64,000 nucleotides of DNA from Endomicrobiia bacterium (GCA_039630545.1 JBCNUU010000002.1:95994-159993); one strand, 5' to 3'; shown: positions 21,426 to 29,554, numbered from the stretch's first letter. The notes: generated from the letters alone by a model not told the origin. A program made the numbers and translations.

Positions 21426-23897
21426 ATGCAGTACCTCTTTAAAATTCTTAAAAAAGTTTCAAATCCAGCTCAATATATAAACTCAGAGTGGAATATACCC
21501 AAAATAGATATATTATCTAAATGGAACAAAAAAGAAACTTTAAAGATATGTTTATGTTTACCTGAAAAATACACTATAAGTATGTCAAATTTAGGTATTA
21601 TTATACTTTATAAATTATTAAACTCATTAGAAAATGTTTTATGTGAAAGAGCTTTTGTAGTAGATACAGATATGGAGAAAATTTTAATTTCTGAAAAGAT
21701 ATTTATGTTTTCTTTAGAAACACAGCATCCACTTAAAGATTTTGATATAATTGGATTTTCTTTACAGGACGAACTTAATTATGTAAATATCTTTACCGTC
21801 CTATATTTGTCAGGAATTCCTTTTGAAAGAGAAAAAAGAAAAGAAATTTTCCCGTTGATAGTTGCAGGAGGGCCATGTGCTAGCAATCCATATGTTTTAG
21901 AAAATTTTATAGATTTTTTTATACTAGGTGAAGCTGAAGAAAGCATAATTAATGTAGTAAATATAATACTTGAATGCAAAAAAGAAAAACTAAACAAACT
22001 AGAGATTCTTAAAAGAATAGATATTTTAAAAGAAACTTATGTCCCTGGAATTTCTTCAAAAACAAAACAGATTTACCCTGCAGTTGTAGATATAAACAAA
22101 AGTTTTTATCCCAAAGATCCAGTAGTACCACTTATAAGAGTAGCACATTCTCGTCTGAATATAGAATTAACTAGGGGTTGTAGTCACAGTTGTAATTTTT
22201 GTAGAGCCTCCTATACAAGTAAGCCATTAAGATTTAGAAATAAAGAATATGTTTTTTCTCTCATAGAAGAGTCAATTAAAACAACTGGATATGATGAAAT
22301 AGCATTTACAGGTTTTACTGTTACAGATTATCCTTATCTTTTAGATGTGATTGAATTTGTCCATAAGAGATTTTCGAATAAATGCATTTCTATTTCTCTG
22401 CCATCTTTAAAAGTAGAAGATGTTAATGAAAAACTTATTAAAGGACTTTCATTAGTTAGAAAGCCAACAATAACTTTAGCAATAGAAGCAGCTACAGAGA
22501 GATTAAGAAAAATTCTAAATAAGAAAGTATCAAATGAAGAAATTTTTAATAAGATAAAACTTTTATATAGATATGGTTTTAAAAAAATTAAACTTTACTT
22601 TATTATAGGGTTGCCTACTGAAACAGAAAAAGAAGTAGAAGAAATTCCTGCTTTTGTCAAAAAATTAAAAAAATACTTTCCAGGGCTAAGAATAAATCTT
22701 ACCATTTCCATATTTATGCCTAAACCTCATACTCCTTTTCAATTTGCTAAAATGGATGATTATGAAAGTTTATATAAAAAAATTTTATTTCTAAAAAAGA
22801 ATTTAAAAGGAATAGTAAATTTTGGAAATATTGAAAAATATATATGGTCTTCATATATAGAAGCATTAATCTCTCAAGGAGACAGTACAATTGGGAAATT
22901 TTTAAAAACTGTATGGGAAAAAGGAGCACGTTTTCCTAACTGGGAAGAAAATTTTGATTTGAATATCTGGAAAGAGAATCTGAAGGATGTCGATATGGAA
23001 AAACTTATATTCAAAGAAAAAGATTTTAGTTGTAACTTTGTATGGGATAACATAAAATATAATTTTTCAAAAGAATCACTTTATAAAAAATACACAGAAG
23101 CAATTAATTATAAAGAAACAAGTGATAGTTTTGTTGTGGATAAAGAAGAGATTAATATTACATCAAATTTTGAATCTGATAGCAATGAAGCAAAAGAAAC
23201 TTCAAGAAATTTATTTAGATATTCAAGCTTATACACTTTAAGGTTAAAATTTGGCCGAAGAGGGAAGTTAAAATTTATTTCTTACCTTGATGAAGTAGAA
23301 ATATTTAAAAAAATACTAAGGTTATCTCAAATTCCCGTATGTTTTACTTGTGGATACAATCCACAGATAAAGTTTTCATTAGGATTAGCAACTCCAGTAG
23401 GATATGAAAGTAATTCTGAATATTTAGATGTGGAAATATATGAAATTTTGGATAAAAAAGAAATTTTCAAAAGGATAACTAACTTTTTACCAGAAGGCTT
23501 ATTTTTGATAGATTGTAAAATTTTTGATCTTCCATTAAATAAAATTCCTTCTTTAAATAATAATGTGAATCTGATTGAGTACATAGTAGAATATCCTTTA
23601 AAATTTTCAAAAGAAAAATTAGAAAATTTTTATAATTCAGATAAATTTATTGTTGAGAAAAAAAAGAACAACACAATTCAGATTTTAAACCTACATGAAA
23701 TTGTTAAAGAGATAAAACTTATAAATGATACGATGTTATTACTAATTTTAAAATTTTCACCAGAAAAAAACTTAAGACCCGAAGTTGTGGTTGGTAATAT
23801 TTTTGGAATTAACACTAACGGCTATTATGAACTTGAGATATTAAGAAATGAACTATATAAAGAGACAGATAATGGTAATTTTATAGGATTCTTATGA
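21426..23897 (+). CDS. Radical SAM protein (TIGR03960-like) fused to a C-terminal radical SAM-linked (TIGR03936/DUF2344-like) domain
   Basis: MSNLG, CERAF, AGGPC..NP, RGCSHSCNFC (CxxxCxxC), PKPHTPFQ; C-terminal KFISYLD..G.NP..S..EY.D; usual position after rodA. Confidence 0.85.
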   Translation: MQYLFKILKKVSNPAQYINSEWNIPKIDILSKWNKKETLKICLCLPEKYTISMSNLGIIILYKLLNSLENVLCERAFVVDTDMEKILISEKIFMFSLETQHPLKDFDIIGFSLQDELNYVNIFTVLYLSGIPFEREKRKEIFPLIVAGGPCASNPYVLENFIDFFILGEAEESIINVVNIILECKKEKLNKLEILKRIDILKETYVPGISSKTKQIYPAVVDINKSFYPKDPVVPLIRVAHSRLNIELTRGCSHSCNFCRASYTSKPLRFRNKEYVFSLIEESIKTTGYDEIAFTGFTVTDYPYLLDVIEFVHKRFSNKCISISLPSLKVEDVNEKLIKGLSLVRKPTITLAIEAATERLRKILNKKVSNEEIFNKIKLLYRYGFKKIKLYFIIGLPTETEKEVEEIPAFVKKLKKYFPGLRINLTISIFMPKPHTPFQFAKMDDYESLYKKILFLKKNLKGIVNFGNIEKYIWSSYIEALISQGDSTIGKFLKTVWEKGARFPNWEENFDLNIWKENLKDVDMEKLIFKEKDFSCNFVWDNIKYNFSKESLYKKYTEAINYKETSDSFVVDKEEINITSNFESDSNEAKETSRNLFRYSSLYTLRLKFGRRGKLKFISYLDEVEIFKKILRLSQIPVCFTCGYNPQIKFSLGLATPVGYESNSEYLDVEIYEILDKKEIFKRITNFLPEGLFLIDCKIFDLPLNKIPSLNNNVNLIEYIVEYPLKFSKEKLENFYNSDKFIVEKKKNNTIQILNLHEIVKEIKLINDTMLLLILKFSPEKNLRPEVVVGNIFGINTNGYYELEILRNELYKETDNGNFIGFL

Positions 23898-25705
23898 AGT
23901 TAATAATGAAAGTCATAATTTTAGATATTTTTTTAATTACTTTTTGTTTTAGCCAAGATATATTAGAGATGCGGAAAAAATATCTAGAAAAAAAAATAAC
24001 AGATTATAATCTTCTTGAGACATATCAATTTGAATCCGAAAGAGAAAAAGTTTTAAGAGATTTAATTTTATTTGAATACTATCTTGACAAAAAAGAAACA
24101 GATAAGGCAGAAAAATATGCGATAAATTTAGCTTCTTTTTATCCTATAAATCAGCTTATAAATTTTAGGTTAGGAGAATATTTTTTTAAAAACAATTTAG
24201 AGGAAAAAGCTATAAACTATCTTGAAAACTGTGTAAAAAAAGATTCAAGGTTTCATGAAGCAAGAAAATATTTAGCACAGAGTCATTACAATTTAAAAAA
24301 TTACTCTGAAGCATATAGACATTTTAATGTTCTTTCATGGTTTAATCCTGAAAAGGAAATTTTAAGAAAAATAGATTATCTTTCAAATCATATTGAGTAT
24401 AACTTATCAGAAGTTTCCAAAGAGAAGAAATTTACACAAATAAAATCTTTAAAAGCTCTTATTCAAACAGAAATTCCTTATATAAATGTAGGTATTTCAA
24501 CTAAAGACAATGGGAAATTAATGGAAATAGATTGCGTAAAATTTTATGTAAGTGGTAAATTTGTTATTTATAATGATTCAGGTAAAGAAATAATAAAATC
24601 AGAAGGCGGTTTTGATAAAGAATGGATGGTTGTTTACAGAACTTCACTTAGGATGTTTGGAATAATTTCTCCATCTATGAATAAAGAATACAGAGTTAAA
24701 TCAAAATACATTTTTGTAATACCGGAAACTTTAGATTCTACATTTTATATTTCCGAATATAGATGGTTTAAAAAAATCTTAAATCAAAACAAAGAATTTA
24801 GAGGAAGATTATTAATAAAACGTTTAAAGAACCAGATTGTTGTAATAAACAGTCTTCCTTTAGATGAATATCTCTATAGTGTTGTACCCAAAGAGATAGG
24901 AGCTAATGCTCCACTAGAAGCTTTAAAAACTCAAGCAGTTATAGCAAGAACAACAGCGTTATATAGAAAAAAGAAAAAGTTTCATAAATATTTTGATGTT
25001 TGCTGGGGTCAGCATTGTCAAGTTTATGAAGGAATTTCTGGTGAACAAGATTCTGCCAGTTACGCTGTAAATCACACAATAGGTGAAGTAATAACTGACA
25101 GAACAGGTAATTTAGTCAATACTTTTTTTCATGCAAACTGTGGGGGAATTTCTGTTGTTTCTTGTTGCTTTTATAATGATGAAGAGATAGTGTATGATTA
25201 CAAAAATAAGACTTTACCAAAGCCTGAAGAAAATAAAGATATTTATTTCTGGTATATTCTGCCAGAAATTTTTGACTGTAATTGTAAGGCTTCATACTAC
25301 GTTCATGATGGAACTTTTAGGTGGCTAAGAACAATAAAAGAGGATTTATTTTCTAAACATCTGAATTCAAAATACAAAATCGGTAAACTAAAAAATATTT
25401 TAGTCGTTTCAAGAAGAAAAAATTTATATATAAATAAGTTAAAAATTATAGGAACAGAAAGAATAAAAACTTTAACATTAGAACACGAAATAAGGAATAT
25501 ATTGCCAAATGGTTCTTTAAGGTCAGCATCGTTTTTTGTAGAGTATAACAAAAACACTCAAACTTATTACTTTTGGGGTGCTGGTTGGGGACATGGGATT
25601 GGAATGTGTCAGGGTGGAAGTTGTAATCTTTCTGTAGAGGGGAAAAATTACATTGAGATAATAAAACATTACTATAAAGAGGTTAATATTAAGAAAATTT
25701 ATTAA
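23894..25705 (+). CDS. Exported TPR plus SpoIID/LytB-domain peptidoglycan lytic transglycosylase-like protein
   Basis: Signal-peptide-like N-terminus, TPR-like helices, YLYSVVPKE..EALKTQAVIART, CQVY.G, GAGWGHGIGMCQ. Confidence 0.88.
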   Translation: MKLIMKVIILDIFLITFCFSQDILEMRKKYLEKKITDYNLLETYQFESEREKVLRDLILFEYYLDKKETDKAEKYAINLASFYPINQLINFRLGEYFFKNNLEEKAINYLENCVKKDSRFHEARKYLAQSHYNLKNYSEAYRHFNVLSWFNPEKEILRKIDYLSNHIEYNLSEVSKEKKFTQIKSLKALIQTEIPYINVGISTKDNGKLMEIDCVKFYVSGKFVIYNDSGKEIIKSEGGFDKEWMVVYRTSLRMFGIISPSMNKEYRVKSKYIFVIPETLDSTFYISEYRWFKKILNQNKEFRGRLLIKRLKNQIVVINSLPLDEYLYSVVPKEIGANAPLEALKTQAVIARTTALYRKKKKFHKYFDVCWGQHCQVYEGISGEQDSASYAVNHTIGEVITDRTGNLVNTFFHANCGGISVVSCCFYNDEEIVYDYKNKTLPKPEENKDIYFWYILPEIFDCNCKASYYVHDGTFRWLRTIKEDLFSKHLNSKYKIGKLKNILVVSRRKNLYINKLKIIGTERIKTLTLEHEIRNILPNGSLRSASFFVEYNKNTQTYYFWGAGWGHGIGMCQGGSCNLSVEGKNYIEIIKHYYKEVNIKKIY

Positions 25706-25707
25706 AA

Positions 25708-25796
25708 GGAGGGGTGCGTGAGTGGTTGAAACGGCTCCGCTCGAAACGGAGTTCTCCGCTTTTGCGGAGACGGGGGTTCGAATCCCTCCCCCTCCG
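25708..25796 (+). tRNA. tRNA-Ser(CGA)
   Basis: Acceptor stem GGAGGGG/CCCCTCC, anticodon arm CTCCG-CT-CGA-AA-CGGAG, long variable arm TCTCCGC-TTTT-GCGGAGA, TTCGAAT T-loop, G73; followed by CAA, not CCA. Confidence 0.96.
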
Positions 25797-25883
25797 CAAG
25801 CAAAAAACTTAAAAATTAAATTTTCAAACTATTGAAATTAAATTACAGTTTTTTATAAAATTTTAAAAATCGGAGGAAAATTA

Positions 25884-26159
25884 ATGAAAGTATTTATAAT
25901 TTTTTCTATATTGATTTTTTTAGCTGGATTTATAATATTAGTAGTATATTCTGTATATACGCTTATACAAATTAAAAAAACAGCTAAAGAAGCAGAATTC
26001 GTTTTACAGAAAATAAATAAAAACTTAGAGAATGTTACAAATATAAGTAATGAATTTAAAAAAGTTGTTTCTTCATTTGTTCCTATTATACTTTCTTTTA
26101 CTGCAGCGCTGAGTAGTGGTTTGATTAAGTTTTTGAAAGGTTTATTTTTCAGGAGGTAA
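25884..26159 (+). CDS. Small membrane-anchored protein, DUF948/YtxG-like
   Basis: N-terminal TM helix then a helical stretch; GGAGG RBS; paired with the YtxH-like gene. Confidence 0.6.
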   Translation: MKVFIIFSILIFLAGFIILVVYSVYTLIQIKKTAKEAEFVLQKINKNLENVTNISNEFKKVVSSFVPIILSFTAALSSGLIKFLKGLFFRR

Positions 26160-26166
26160 AAATTTA

Positions 26167-26436
26167 ATGAGTGAAAAAAATTCAAATTCTACATTAGCAT
26201 TTTTGTTAGGTTTGACGGTTGGAGCGTTGTTAGGAATACTTTTTGCACCAGCAGAAGGTAGAGAGACAAGAAAAAAAATTGCCAAATATCTTGAAGAACT
26301 TGAAGAAAAAGGTGAAGAGTATCTTGAAAAAGGCAAAGAATTTATAGAAGAAGAAGCTGGTAAAATAAGAAAGTTTGTTGACGAAACTAAAGATAAAATA
26401 GCTAAGAAGTTTTCAAAAGAAACGCAAGAAGACTAA
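26167..26436 (+). CDS. YtxH domain-containing protein
   Basis: FLLGLTVGALLGILFAPAEGRETRKKI is the YtxH signature; AGGAGG RBS. Confidence 0.9.
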   Translation: MSEKNSNSTLAFLLGLTVGALLGILFAPAEGRETRKKIAKYLEELEEKGEEYLEKGKEFIEEEAGKIRKFVDETKDKIAKKFSKETQED

Positions 26437-26482
26437 ATTTCCACATTTCTATTTACTCCAGAAAATAAAGAATTTTTAAACT

Positions 26483-26554
26483 GCCGGGGTAGCTCAGTGG
26501 TAGAGCGTCGGTCTGAAAAACCGAGCGTCGGGAGTTCGATTCTCTCCCCCGGCA
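26483..26554 (+). tRNA. tRNA-Phe(GAA)
   Basis: Acceptor stem GCCGGGG/CCCCGGC, AGCTCAGTGGTAGAGC D-arm, TCGGT-CT-GAA-AA-ACCGA, TTCGATT T-loop, A73; no CCA. Confidence 0.97.
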
Positions 26555-26563
26555 GTTAATTAT

Positions 26564-26612
26564 AAGTTTGTTGAGTTATTTGAGTTCATAGAGTTTGTTG
26601 AGTTGTTGAGTT
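26564..26612 (+). repeat. Left arm: tandem array of GAGTT cores with 9-bp period, abutting the ATG of the four-helix-bundle gene
   Basis: AAGTT 26564; GAGTT 26573, 26582, 26591, 26600, 26608; ATG at 26613. Confidence 0.93.
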
Positions 26613-26978
26613 ATGAAAATTACTAGGTTTGAAGAGATAAAAGCATGGCAAAATGCTAAAGAACTAACTTTGAAAATTTACAGAACTTGTACAAAAGAAA
26701 AATTCAAAAATGATGGTTTTCTTCTGGAACAGATAAAAAGAAGTAGTGTTTCAATAATGGCAAACATAGCAGAAGGTTTTGCAAGACAAACAAATAGAGA
26801 GTTTATTCAGTTTTTATTTATTGCAAAAGCATCATCTGCTGAATTATAAAGTCATCTTCATCTTGCATTTGATTTAAAATACATTTCAAATAATGAATTT
26901 GCCTCACTTTATGATTTATGTGAAGTTGTACAAAAACAAATGTCAAGTTTAATAAAATATCTAAAATCAAATCTGTAA
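26613..26978 (+). pseudogene. Four-helix-bundle protein (23S rRNA intervening-sequence protein/TIGR02436-like, Avd-related) interrupted by one in-frame TAA
   Basis: FEEIKAWQ.A, QIKRSSVSIMANIAEGF.R, EFIQFL.IAK.S.AE. The TAA at 26847-49 is followed in frame by SHLHLAFDLKYISNNEFASLYDLCEVVQKQMSSLIKYLKSNL*, the family C-terminus; 121 codons in total. Confidence 0.9.
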
Positions 26979-27017
26979 ACTCAATTAACTCTATAACTCA
27001 ATGAACTCAATGAACCA
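26978..27017 (-). repeat. Right arm: tandem AACTC array, the inverted counterpart of the left arm, starting in the stop codon
   Basis: AACTC 26978, 26987, 26995, 27004; AACCA 27013. Reverse complement reads GGTTCATTGAGTTCATTGAGTTATAGAGTTAATTGAGTT. Confidence 0.93.
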
Positions 27018-27022
27018 TTTTT

Positions 27023-27094
27023 GCCGAAGTAGCTCAGTGGTAGAGCATCCCGCTCGTAACGGGAAGGTCGTGGGTTCAAACCCCACCTTCGGCT
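27023..27094 (+). tRNA. tRNA-Thr(CGT)
   Basis: Acceptor stem GCCGAAG/CTTCGGC, TCCCG-CT-CGT-AA-CGGGA, GTGGG-TTCAAAC-CCCAC; no CCA. Confidence 0.96.
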
Positions 27095-27202
27095 AACTCT
27101 TCTAATCTAATAATAACTTTTATGTATAAATACCTTAACACTCAAATTTAAGCCTATTGTTTCGTAGGATTTTTGTAGATGAGTTACAGGTATGTGCTGA
27201 AT

Positions 27203-27679
27203 TTAATAATTTATTGAGGTACTTTCAGGATCTATGTGTTTAACGTCACCATTTTCTTCTACTAAGAAACAATGTAGTCTAAATATGCTTCTAAAATAAG
27301 AAATTTGGTTTATAAGATCTAAATATTTTTTTTTATTTGGTAGTACTACTCCAATCTCATAGCTGGGATTGTTAGACTTAGCAATTATAAGTGAAAATAA
27401 TGCGTCTGCAAACCAGTGCCGTGCTTGTAAGTTAGATGGGGTTGGTTTTTTAAGTCCTTTTTTTGTTCCACTTACGTATTTTTCTGAAGGGAAACCTTTA
27501 ACTTCAAAGATGAAATATGCTTGTCCTTTTTCAGCTTCTATATCATACCCTTTTTGTCTTTTATTTTTTATGTTAGACCTTATAACATTATATCCATTTT
27601 TTGTTAACCAGTCTACCATCTTTTTAGCAACATTTGTTTCTTCAAACCATTCTTTTTCGTAATCCCAATTTTGTGTCAT
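27203..27679 (-). CDS. Orphan PD-(D/E)XK nuclease-fold protein (restriction endonuclease-like)
   Basis: E..(WL.KNGYNV)..GYDIEAEK..FIFEVKG matches the E..D..ExK catalytic pattern. Confidence 0.65.
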   Translation of the reverse strand: MTQNWDYEKEWFEETNVAKKMVDWLTKNGYNVIRSNIKNKRQKGYDIEAEKGQAYFIFEVKGFPSEKYVSGTKKGLKKPTPSNLQARHWFADALFSLIIAKSNNPSYEIGVVLPNKKKYLDLINQISYFRSIFRLHCFLVEENGDVKHIDPESTSINY

Positions 27680-27691
27680 TTTTTTATTTTA

Positions 27692-27763
27692 CTCCGGGGC
27701 CTGGACTCGAACCAGGATCAGATGGTCCAGAGCCACCTGTGTTACCAATTACACCACCCCGGA
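27692..27763 (-). tRNA. tRNA-Gln(CTG)
   Basis: Reverse complement TCCGGGGTGGTGTAATTGGTAACACAGGTGG-CT-CTG-GA-CCATCTGATCCTGGTTCGAGTCCAGGCCCCGGAG; U1-A72 pair; no CCA. Confidence 0.96.
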
Positions 27764-27769
27764 ATTGTT

Positions 27770-28051
27770 TTAATTCTGTGAGTTTAGACTACTTTCTTTT
27801 TTAATTTCTTCTGCATAATTTAGCTCTAAATCTGTGATTACTGAAATTAAAATTTGTTCTTCTTCTTGTGTTAAGTTTCCTTTTGTTTTCTCTTTTATTG
27901 TTCGTAAAATATCTATTGTAAATTTTGCATTTTCAAGTTCTTTTTCTATTTTGTTTGTTACAGGATTAGGAACTTTTCCAAGTTGCATCCAGCAGGTAGA
28001 AGCTAACGATGTGATTAAAGCTATAAATAAATTTATTTTTTCTTCCTGCAT
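27770..28051 (-). CDS. DUF1844-like protein
   Basis: SLA....QLG..PNP.T......LE.AK.TIDIL..IKEKTKGNL..EE pattern. Confidence 0.8.
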   Translation of the reverse strand: MQEEKINLFIALITSLASTCWMQLGKVPNPVTNKIEKELENAKFTIDILRTIKEKTKGNLTQEEEQILISVITDLELNYAEEIKKESSLNSQN

Positions 28052-28078
28052 GGGCTTTTCTCCTTTTAAAAGCTCAAA

Positions 28079-29554
28079 TTAAGCAAAAAATTTATTTAAA
28101 ACTAAGTTTATTCTTCTTATAACTTTTTGTTTACCTAAAAGTTCTAAAAGATCAAAAAGCCCTATACCTTCAGTTCTTCCAGATACAGCAACTCGCAGTG
28201 GATGAAAAACTTCCTGAGTTTTATAGTTTTTTTGTGCACAAAAGTTTCGTATTTCTTTTTCTAAAGTTATTTTATCAAAATTATTAATTTTAATCAATAT
28301 TTCAAGAAGTTGTTGTAGAATTTGTTTCTGTTGAGTTGTTTTAAGATATTTGTTTACAGCATTTTCGTTATATACAACTTCCTCATCTGGTTTTAAAAAG
28401 TATTCTATTAAATACGGGATATCTTTTAGAAGTTTTATTCTTTCTTTTTCGGCTTCTATTAGTTTTATGATGTAATCTTTGTTGGAGTTGTTAATTTCAA
28501 AACCTGCTTGTTCAAGAAAAAATTTTCCATAAAAAAAGAGTGTTTCTGAATTTGTTTTTCTTATGTATTCCGAGTTCATCCATAACATTTTTTGTCTATC
28601 AAAAATTGCAGGTGATTTTGAACATCCATCAAGGGTGAATTTTTCTATAAGTTCCTGTTTGGTAAAAAACTGCTGTGAATCTTCAGTGGACCAGCCAAGA
28701 AGTGCGACATAGTTTATAAGAGCTTCGGGTAGATATCCTTCTTTTTTAAAATCTTCTACTGACACATCACCGCTTCTTTTGCTAAGTTTTGATCTGTCTG
28801 GATTAAGTAATAAAGGTAAATGTGCAAATTCAGGAGCTTCCCATTCAAAATATCTGTATAAAATTATGTGTTTGGGAGTTGAAGATAACCATTCCTCTCC
28901 ACGGATTACATGTGTAATTTTCATTAAATGATCATCTACTACATTTGCAAGATGATAAGTAGGAAAACCATCAGATTTAATAAGTATTTGATCATCAATT
29001 AAGCTTCCGTTGAACTTTACTTCACCTCGTATGATATCTTTAAAAATAATATCTTCATCTGGGATTTTTAGTCTGATAGTATATGGTTCAGATTTAGCAC
29101 GTTCTTCTGATTCTTTTTGTGAAATATTTCTGCAGAATCTATCATACATTGGTGGTTGTTTATTAAGAAGTTGAGTTTTTCTTATTTCTTCAAGCCGTTG
29201 AGGTGTACAGAAGCATCTATAAGCGACACCTTTTTTTACAAGTTCTTCTGCATATTTTTTATATATATCAATTCGTTTAGATTGTATATAAGGTCCATAA
29301 TCACCTTTTTCCAAAATTTTTCCTTCTTTATCTAAAAATGGACCTTCATCGTACTCTAACCCGCACCATATAAGTGTATTGATTAAATTTTCTGTTGCTC
29401 CTTCTACATATCTGGTTCTGTCTGTGTCTTCTATTCTCAATATAAAAATACCATTGTTGTGTCTTGCAAAAAGATAATTAAAGAGAGCTGTTCTGAGACC
29501 TCCTATATGTAAGAACCCTGTGGGAGAAGGCGCAAATCTAACTCTAACTGTCAT
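28079..29554 (-). CDS. gltX: Glutamate--tRNA ligase
   Basis: RFAPSPTG.LHIGG, LRIEDTD, HVIRGEEWL, KLSKR. Confidence 0.98.
   Translation of the reverse strand: MTVRVRFAPSPTGFLHIGGLRTALFNYLFARHNNGIFILRIEDTDRTRYVEGATENLINTLIWCGLEYDEGPFLDKEGKILEKGDYGPYIQSKRIDIYKKYAEELVKKGVAYRCFCTPQRLEEIRKTQLLNKQPPMYDRFCRNISQKESEERAKSEPYTIRLKIPDEDIIFKDIIRGEVKFNGSLIDDQILIKSDGFPTYHLANVVDDHLMKITHVIRGEEWLSSTPKHIILYRYFEWEAPEFAHLPLLLNPDRSKLSKRSGDVSVEDFKKEGYLPEALINYVALLGWSTEDSQQFFTKQELIEKFTLDGCSKSPAIFDRQKMLWMNSEYIRKTNSETLFFYGKFFLEQAGFEINNSNKDYIIKLIEAEKERIKLLKDIPYLIEYFLKPDEEVVYNENAVNKYLKTTQQKQILQQLLEILIKINNFDKITLEKEIRNFCAQKNYKTQEVFHPLRVAVSGRTEGIGLFDLLELLGKQKVIRRINLVLNKFFA

Noticed and set aside
26847..26849. TAA reassignment or alternative genetic code to explain the in-frame stops here and at 40398-40598
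   Set aside because: TAA, TAG and TGA all end conserved ribosomal protein genes at their expected C-termini, so the standard bacterial code applies.
26613..26978. Diversity-generating retroelement (the protein is Avd-related)
   Set aside because: I saw no reverse transcriptase and no TR/VR repeat pair differing at adenines in the window.
26564..27017. GAGTT/AACTC arrays as a CRISPR array
   Set aside because: The period is only 8-9 bp, there are no unique 25-40 bp spacers, and no cas genes are present.
26555..27022. Classical IS element or MITE
   Set aside because: There is no transposase, the arms are tandem arrays rather than single terminal inverted repeats, and I could not identify a target-site duplication.
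27095..27202. Terminator or small RNA between tRNA-Thr and the nuclease-like gene
   Set aside because: Only a 4-bp CCTA/TAGG stem and isolated AACTC/GAGTT pentamers; too weak to call.
27095..27691. Prophage or integrative element at tRNA-Thr or tRNA-Gln
   Set aside because: No integrase, no duplicated tRNA 3' end, and only one gene is present.
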